Shown: piece by piece, positions 59,380 to 64,000 of the stretch
How positions within the stretch are numbered: position 1 is the stretch's first letter
Layout of the letters: each line of letters opens with the position of its first letter
DNA from: an uncultured Christensenellaceae bacterium
GTDB taxonomy: Bacteria > Bacillota > Clostridia > Christensenellales > SZUA-584
Length of the DNA stretch: 64,000 bases
Assembly (NCBI GenBank): GCA_964586785.1
Contig: CAZPHS010000004.1
Location: 37,305 to 101,304, forward strand
Direction of reading: 5' to 3'
The notes under the pieces: generated by a model
What the model was told of the DNA's origin: nothing
The model's input: only the letters and a program-made list of their open reading frames with translations
The model's database searches: none
Translations under genes and position numbers: made by a program

Positions 59380-60469
59380 ATCGCCCCCCAACCTTCTTCC
59401 TTGATTCCAGCATATCCACAAAGGCCTCTATACGCGTCATATATCCCGCCTCGCCCGTTATCTCGTCCACTATAAGCGTCATAACAGGAAACTTAAGCCG
59501 CCTTTGCAGCGCCGGAAGAACAGATTTTGTTACAATCTCCGGCATACATCCTAAGGGGAACACCTGTATCGCGCCGTCGTATCCCGCCAGACGTGAACGG
59601 GCGGCATGTGCTATTGATTCCTTCGCGTGACCGCCTATATCGCAGGGAAGATATTTTTTTGACGCCGCCCTTATAAGCGGCGAATTCAGTCCGACGGGTT
59701 TCAGCGCCAAATCCGAAACCCACCAGCTGGGCGATAAAAGCCGCTTTGTGCAAACGCCGAGTTCGGCAAGCTTATCTTCTATGTACATATTTGAAAACGG
59801 CTCTATTATTGTGTATATTTCTCCTATAATCGCAATCTTAAGCGGAGTTTTCGCTTCGCAAATATCAACGCTTTTAATACGCCTTTTGTACTCGCGGAGC
59901 ACGGCGCGCATTTCTTTAAAGCTTTCGCATAAAAAGGCCTTGCTTTTGCACTCCGCCAATAATCGGCTGCAGCTGCCTTTTTCCGCTTCGTATCCCGAAA
60001 GCGCGTACGCCAGCCCGTCAATACCGTCTATTTGTTTTAATATGCCCAGCGTTTGCCGAAGACAGTCAAGCTTTTTCGCTTTGCCGGCGGGGCTTGGCGC
60101 CGTTACCCTCGCTATCCTTTTCCAAAACTCCTGTTTGCCTATTTCCGACGGCGAATCGATAACAATTATATCCGCGTTATATCCGTTCTTATCAAGCAGC
60201 TTCATCTGCAGTTCGCAGTATTCACCGAAACGGCACGGTCCGCAGCTCCCCGTAATTATTATTGTGTCCGCGCCCCTTTTTATACAATCCAAAAAATTGC
60301 CCATCATTAGTTTGAAAGGCAGGCATATTTCTTCGGGGGAAACATAAGCCCCCGCCGCAAGCGCGGCTTTGCTGTTTAGTTTGGGTATCACGCAGGGAAT
60401 TTTAAGCTCTTCAAAAAACACCTTCGCCGCCAGATAGATATTACCCATATGCGGAAATGTTATTACCAA
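59372..60469 (-). CDS. activase-associated DUF2229-type protein B (dehydratase-component-like)
   Basis: 365 aa with FPHMGN N-terminus and ITGSCGPCRFGEYCE. An alternative ATG at 60448 would give an ATGGGTAA overlap with the upstream stop. Confidence 0.65.
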   Translation of the reverse strand: MVITFPHMGNIYLAAKVFFEELKIPCVIPKLNSKAALAAGAYVSPEEICLPFKLMMGNFLDCIKRGADTIIITGSCGPCRFGEYCELQMKLLDKNGYNADIIVIDSPSEIGKQEFWKRIARVTAPSPAGKAKKLDCLRQTLGILKQIDGIDGLAYALSGYEAEKGSCSRLLAECKSKAFLCESFKEMRAVLREYKRRIKSVDICEAKTPLKIAIIGEIYTIIEPFSNMYIEDKLAELGVCTKRLLSPSWWVSDLALKPVGLNSPLIRAASKKYLPCDIGGHAKESIAHAARSRLAGYDGAIQVFPLGCMPEIVTKSVLPALQRRLKFPVMTLIVDEITGEAGYMTRIEAFVDMLESRKKVGGRYA

Positions 60470-61355
60470 AAGCCGCCCTCCTTTTAATCATGTCCGCGAA
60501 AGCCTCTATACGAGTGTCAAAACCCGCTTCCCCCGTGTGCTCGTCAATTTTTAAAACCATGAACGGAAAGCCTTCCAGAGCGCTTTTTATCATTTCAACA
60601 ACAACCGAGTCTACTCCGCAGCAAAACGCCGAAACATATATTATACCGTCCGCAAGCTTATTTCTCGCTATGTGCGCGGCGCTTCCGTAATACTGGCGCG
60701 CGAAATACCAAAAAGGACGCTTGAACAGCCTTGCCGCCTCCGCTTCAATATGCTCCGCCGAAACGCATTCCGCGGTGATAATTCCCATACCGAGAGCGTT
60801 TAGCTTTTTTATAAGATTATGGTTAACAAAGCTGTCCTCTATATTGTACATATGGCCTATAAGCGCTATCGTGTACGGACAGCCCCTTTGATTAATGGCG
60901 GGGTTATATGCTTTTTGCTTTTGTACGGCCGCGTAAAAAGCGGAATCTATACGGTTTGCGCCGGCAAACCTCCCCGCGTTCCGCGCCCATTTATAAAGCG
61001 TTCTCTCGTCAAAGCACAAAACAGGCTCTTCAATTACGGGCGGTAAGCCATGTACGCTGTTTACCGCCATCTCTTTTAAACCGCATATCATGGGGCAGGC
61101 AAGCCTAGCGTTCTTTTTGCCTAAAATCCTGGGAATCAATATAAAGTCGCACCTGCGCGCAAGCCATTGGGCGTGTCCGTGAAAAACTTTTATAGGCAGG
61201 CACGCCTCGTCCACACAAGTTTTTAAACCCGCCGCGTGAATTTGCTTATTCGTGCGCGGCGAAACGACTACCTGCGCCCCGAGAGCCTCAAAAAAGGTTT
61301 GGACAAAAACATAATATTTATAATATAAAAGCGCTCTTGGAAGTCCTATCCTCAT
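60441..61355 (-). CDS. activase-associated DUF2229-type protein A
   Basis: 304 aa with N-terminus MRIGLPRALLYYKYYVFVQTFFEALG and Cys motifs ACPMICG and SAFCCGVDS. Confidence 0.65.
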   Translation of the reverse strand: MRIGLPRALLYYKYYVFVQTFFEALGAQVVVSPRTNKQIHAAGLKTCVDEACLPIKVFHGHAQWLARRCDFILIPRILGKKNARLACPMICGLKEMAVNSVHGLPPVIEEPVLCFDERTLYKWARNAGRFAGANRIDSAFYAAVQKQKAYNPAINQRGCPYTIALIGHMYNIEDSFVNHNLIKKLNALGMGIITAECVSAEHIEAEAARLFKRPFWYFARQYYGSAAHIARNKLADGIIYVSAFCCGVDSVVVEMIKSALEGFPFMVLKIDEHTGEAGFDTRIEAFADMIKRRAAFGNNISAYG

Positions 61356-61473
61356 ATGCTTTATCTCCTGTCCGCTTTTTATATCTTTTCTTACTCAAAA
61401 TAAAAATATACAAAAAAATGCGCCGTTTAATAACGAAACGCACCCGCCTTTTAAAACTGCCGCTCTTATCCGG

Positions 61474-62172
61474 CTATTTCATAATGTCTTTAACAACCTC
61501 TCCCGCTATTATAAGCCCCGCGGCGGAAGGAACAAACGCCACGCTGCCCGTCGCCGCCCTCCCGTTTATGCAATTACGGCTTGTCTTTACGGGCTCTTCG
61601 CGCGAATACACAACTTTGAGCGATTCTATGCCAAGCCTCTTTAATTCCCTGCGCATCACCTTAGCCAAAGGACACACCGACGTCTCGTAAATGTCGGCGA
61701 CCTCAAAACGCGTGGGGTCCAGCTTGTTCCCCGTTCCCATGCTGCTTATAATAGGCGCTCCCGCCGCCTTGGCACTCTCAATAAGCTTAAGTTTGGACGA
61801 CACCGTATCAATAGCGTCCACTATATACGTATATCCGGATAAATCATACTCGTCCGCGTTGTGCGCGCCGTAGTATATAGCATACGCCTTCGCCTCGCAG
61901 CGCGGGTTTATGGATAGTATGCGCTCTTTCATAACTTCAGCCTTGTTTTTGCCTATCGTATAATACGTGGCTATAATCTGGCGGTTTATATTGGATTCGC
62001 ACACTATGTCCGCGTCGAAAAGCGATACGCTCCCTATACCGCTGCGCGTGAGCGCTTCCGCGGCGTATGAGCCAACCCCGCCTATGCCGAAAATCGCGAC
62101 CGATGATTTTGCCAGCCTGTCCATGGCTTTATCGCCAAGAAGCGCCGCTGTACGCGAAAATATACCGTTCAT
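61474..62172 (-). CDS. tcdA: tRNA threonylcarbamoyladenosine dehydratase (ThiF/E1-like)
   Basis: 232 aa with VAIFGIGGVGSYAAEAL nucleotide-binding motif and a length typical of TcdA/CsdL. Confidence 0.75.
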   Translation of the reverse strand: MNGIFSRTAALLGDKAMDRLAKSSVAIFGIGGVGSYAAEALTRSGIGSVSLFDADIVCESNINRQIIATYYTIGKNKAEVMKERILSINPRCEAKAYAIYYGAHNADEYDLSGYTYIVDAIDTVSSKLKLIESAKAAGAPIISSMGTGNKLDPTRFEVADIYETSVCPLAKVMRRELKRLGIESLKVVYSREEPVKTSRNCINGRAATGSVAFVPSAAGLIIAGEVVKDIMK

Positions 62173-62549
62173 CTTTTTGCCGCCACCGCTTCTATTTCAA
62201 TCAGCGCGTCTTTAGGAAGCTTGGCTTCAACGCACGAACGCGCGGGGTACGGCGACGCGAAATACCGCGAGTACACTTCGTTTACCGGTGAGAAATCCGA
62301 CATATTTTTTAAATACACCGTGGTTTTAACAACATCCGAAAGCGAAAGACCCCAAGCGGCAAGAACCGCCGTTAAGTTTTTAATTACCCGCTCCGCCTGC
62401 TTTTCTATGCCGCCGTCTGTTATTTTGCCCGTCTCCGGCTCCGCCGGTATCTGCCCCGATACAAAAACAAAACCGCCCGCCGAAACCGCTTGTGAATAAG
62501 GCCCCGCCGCCTCCGGCGCGTTTGCAGTATTAATCACTTTTTTACGCAT
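62169..62549 (-). CDS. ridA: RidA family reactive-intermediate deaminase
   Basis: 126-aa YjgF/RidA fold with PYSQAV...GQIP and IEIEAVA C-terminus. Confidence 0.85.
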   Translation of the reverse strand: MRKKVINTANAPEAAGPYSQAVSAGGFVFVSGQIPAEPETGKITDGGIEKQAERVIKNLTAVLAAWGLSLSDVVKTTVYLKNMSDFSPVNEVYSRYFASPYPARSCVEAKLPKDALIEIEAVAAKR

Positions 62550-62630
62550 CTTTTTTCTCCGGAATTTTTATTCACTTAAAATATAGCGCATATAATGTAT
62601 TTGCGCAATTTTTTACGCCGCGGCAATATA

Positions 62631-63263
62631 TTAAATCTTAATCAACGCGGGCGTTACAAATGTTTGTATGAGCAGCCCCAGTATTGAAATAAAAAACACT
62701 GCCGCAAGACGTTTAAAATGCGGAGCCGCGTCTTTTAGGCGGCCTCTCGCGGTTGACGGTATGCTCCGGTTTTTGAAAGTTTCAACCGAGTTGTTAAGGC
62801 TTAAAACACCCGCTTTTATAAAGCATGGCAGCAATATAATGTTAGGCAGCAGCGAGCAGGACAATATCGCCCCAAAGCCGCCTCCGAAAAAATCAAGCGA
62901 CAGCACCCCCGCCGCGAATCCCGCGCAGAACCCTTTTACTATCATTAGAACGCTTATAAATGCTATACCCGCCATCGTCATCGAAAGCCAGGCGAACGCT
63001 CCGTAATACAGTATGTTTACAAAAAGCGCGCTTAAAAAAATCCGCAAATAGTCAAGCTGCGCGGTTTTAGCAGAAAAGAATAAAACTGCGGCATAGGTGC
63101 AAAGCGCGTTTTTGGTTTCGGACTGCATATTGCTTACGGTAAACGTCCCCGCCGTTATGCCTACGACGAGAAAAAATACTAAAAGCAGATATTGCGCCTT
63201 GTTGTCGGCAATATCGTATATCGCGCCTCTTTTTATTTCCCTTAGCAAATCCGCCGCCTCCAT
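62631..63263 (-). CDS. spoIIM: stage II sporulation protein M
   Basis: Polytopic membrane protein. SCSLLPNIILLPCFIKAGVLSL parallels the B. subtilis SpoIIM segment VLPQNLVLIPAYI. Internal Met chosen. Confidence 0.65.
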   Translation of the reverse strand: MEAADLLREIKRGAIYDIADNKAQYLLLVFFLVVGITAGTFTVSNMQSETKNALCTYAAVLFFSAKTAQLDYLRIFLSALFVNILYYGAFAWLSMTMAGIAFISVLMIVKGFCAGFAAGVLSLDFFGGGFGAILSCSLLPNIILLPCFIKAGVLSLNNSVETFKNRSIPSTARGRLKDAAPHFKRLAAVFFISILGLLIQTFVTPALIKI

Positions 63264-63347
63264 ACTTATACGTAAAATAAATATGCGCGGATTCGCTCGC
63301 GTATGCGGCGCTTGCATTCCACAGGTATTTTTGAACAGATAAACCTG

Positions 63348-64000
63348 TTAATCTACAAGTTTAAGCTCGGTGTTAAGCTTATCGGCAAGCATCGCTATAA
63401 ATTCGCCGTTCGTCGGTTTACCGCGTGTTTCAAGTATTGTGTAGCCGAAAAATTCTTCAAGCGTCCCTATGTTCCCCCGGTTCCACGCCGTTTCTATCGC
63501 ATGGCGCATGGCTCGTTCCACACGCTGCGGAGTGGAATTGTGTTTTTGGGCTACCGATAAATAGAGTCCGGCAGTTAACCGGCTTAAAAGCTCAAAATTC
63601 TCATGCACCATAAGAATAGCGTCCCGCAGGTAATGATAACCTTTTACATTCGCGGTAATGCCTATTTCTTTTATATGCTTTGTGACTATCAAATCCGGAT
63701 TATTTTCGTGCCAGTCCCGGTTGTCGTTTATACCGGCGGATTGTCTGTTCATAATTTCCACCAAACGCTTTTTGAACACCTCTTTTTTAAAAGGTTTTAA
63801 AAACACATAGTCAACATTATAGCTTTCGGCTTTTTTCATGATATAGTCCAAGCTTACTGCGGACGTCATCACCACTTTGGTGTTTGTGCTGTAACCGCTT
63901 TGATACAGCTCCTCAAGCACGGCGAATCCGTCAAGCACCGGCATTATCAAGTCGAGCAGCAGCATATCCGGCCGGTATTTGCATGTCAGCTCAACAGCTT
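63348..64000 (-). CDS. spo0A: stage 0 sporulation protein A (5' end beyond window)
   Basis: C-terminal Spo0A DNA-binding signature STPQRVERAMRHAIETAWNRGN, preceded by the end of a receiver domain (LLLDLIMPVLDG). The frame is open to the window edge. Confidence 0.9.
   Translation of the reverse strand, partial: AVELTCKYRPDMLLLDLIMPVLDGFAVLEELYQSGYSTNTKVVMTSAVSLDYIMKKAESYNVDYVFLKPFKKEVFKKRLVEIMNRQSAGINDNRDWHENNPDLIVTKHIKEIGITANVKGYHYLRDAILMVHENFELLSRLTAGLYLSVAQKHNSTPQRVERAMRHAIETAWNRGNIGTLEEFFGYTILETRGKPTNGEFIAMLADKLNTELKLVD

Noticed and set aside
1-64000. Scanned for CRISPR arrays, tRNA/rRNA genes, IS elements, integrases, toxin-antitoxin pairs and classic defence genes
   Set aside because: No regularly spaced direct repeats were found other than the in-gene 276-bp protein repeats. 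There are no cloverleaf-type T-arm/acceptor pairs, and no transposase, recombinase, restriction-enzyme or helicase-type ORFs in the six-frame track.

Overview
This 64-kb chromosomal window comes from an endospore-forming Firmicute with Clostridia-like gene content: spo0A, spoIIM and a sleL/cwlJ/gerQ/pdaA germination cluster. By eye it is about 50-55% GC with several AT-rich blocks. I support about 55 protein genes, tightly packed and mostly housekeeping. They include a MacB-type ABC exporter, tex, feoAB, pdxK, a Na/Pi symporter and hpt. There is also a T-box-controlled ilvN-ilvC-cimA-ilvD-ilvB operon, pgcA, a split metH plus metF, a GGDEF cyclase, a GH36 alpha-galactosidase and tcdA-ridA. I recognised no rRNA, tRNA, CRISPR array, transposase or integrase. 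No complete, obviously novel multi-gene system could be proven from sequence alone. The items most worth a second look are: (1) a ~700-bp ORF-free, strongly strand-skewed, hairpin-rich stretch downstream of hpt (25.7-26.4 kb), a candidate large structured RNA; (2) an orphan but intact phage packaging module, terS - ferredoxin moron - terL, with no other phage genes nearby; (3) a fusion of a cytidylate-kinase-like domain to a PD-(D/E)xK-like domain; (4) a Cys-rich 187-aa protein that I recall resembling DUF3992/endospore-appendage (Ena) subunits; (5) a translationally coupled three-gene activase + 2x DUF2229 operon of unknown substrate; (6) a 1393-aa secreted papain-like peptidase ending in seven FN3-like modules, the last three nearly identical at DNA level; (7) two exact copies of a 15-nt palindrome flanking feoA, a likely metalloregulator operator. 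All family assignments rest on motif recognition by eye. No database search was run.
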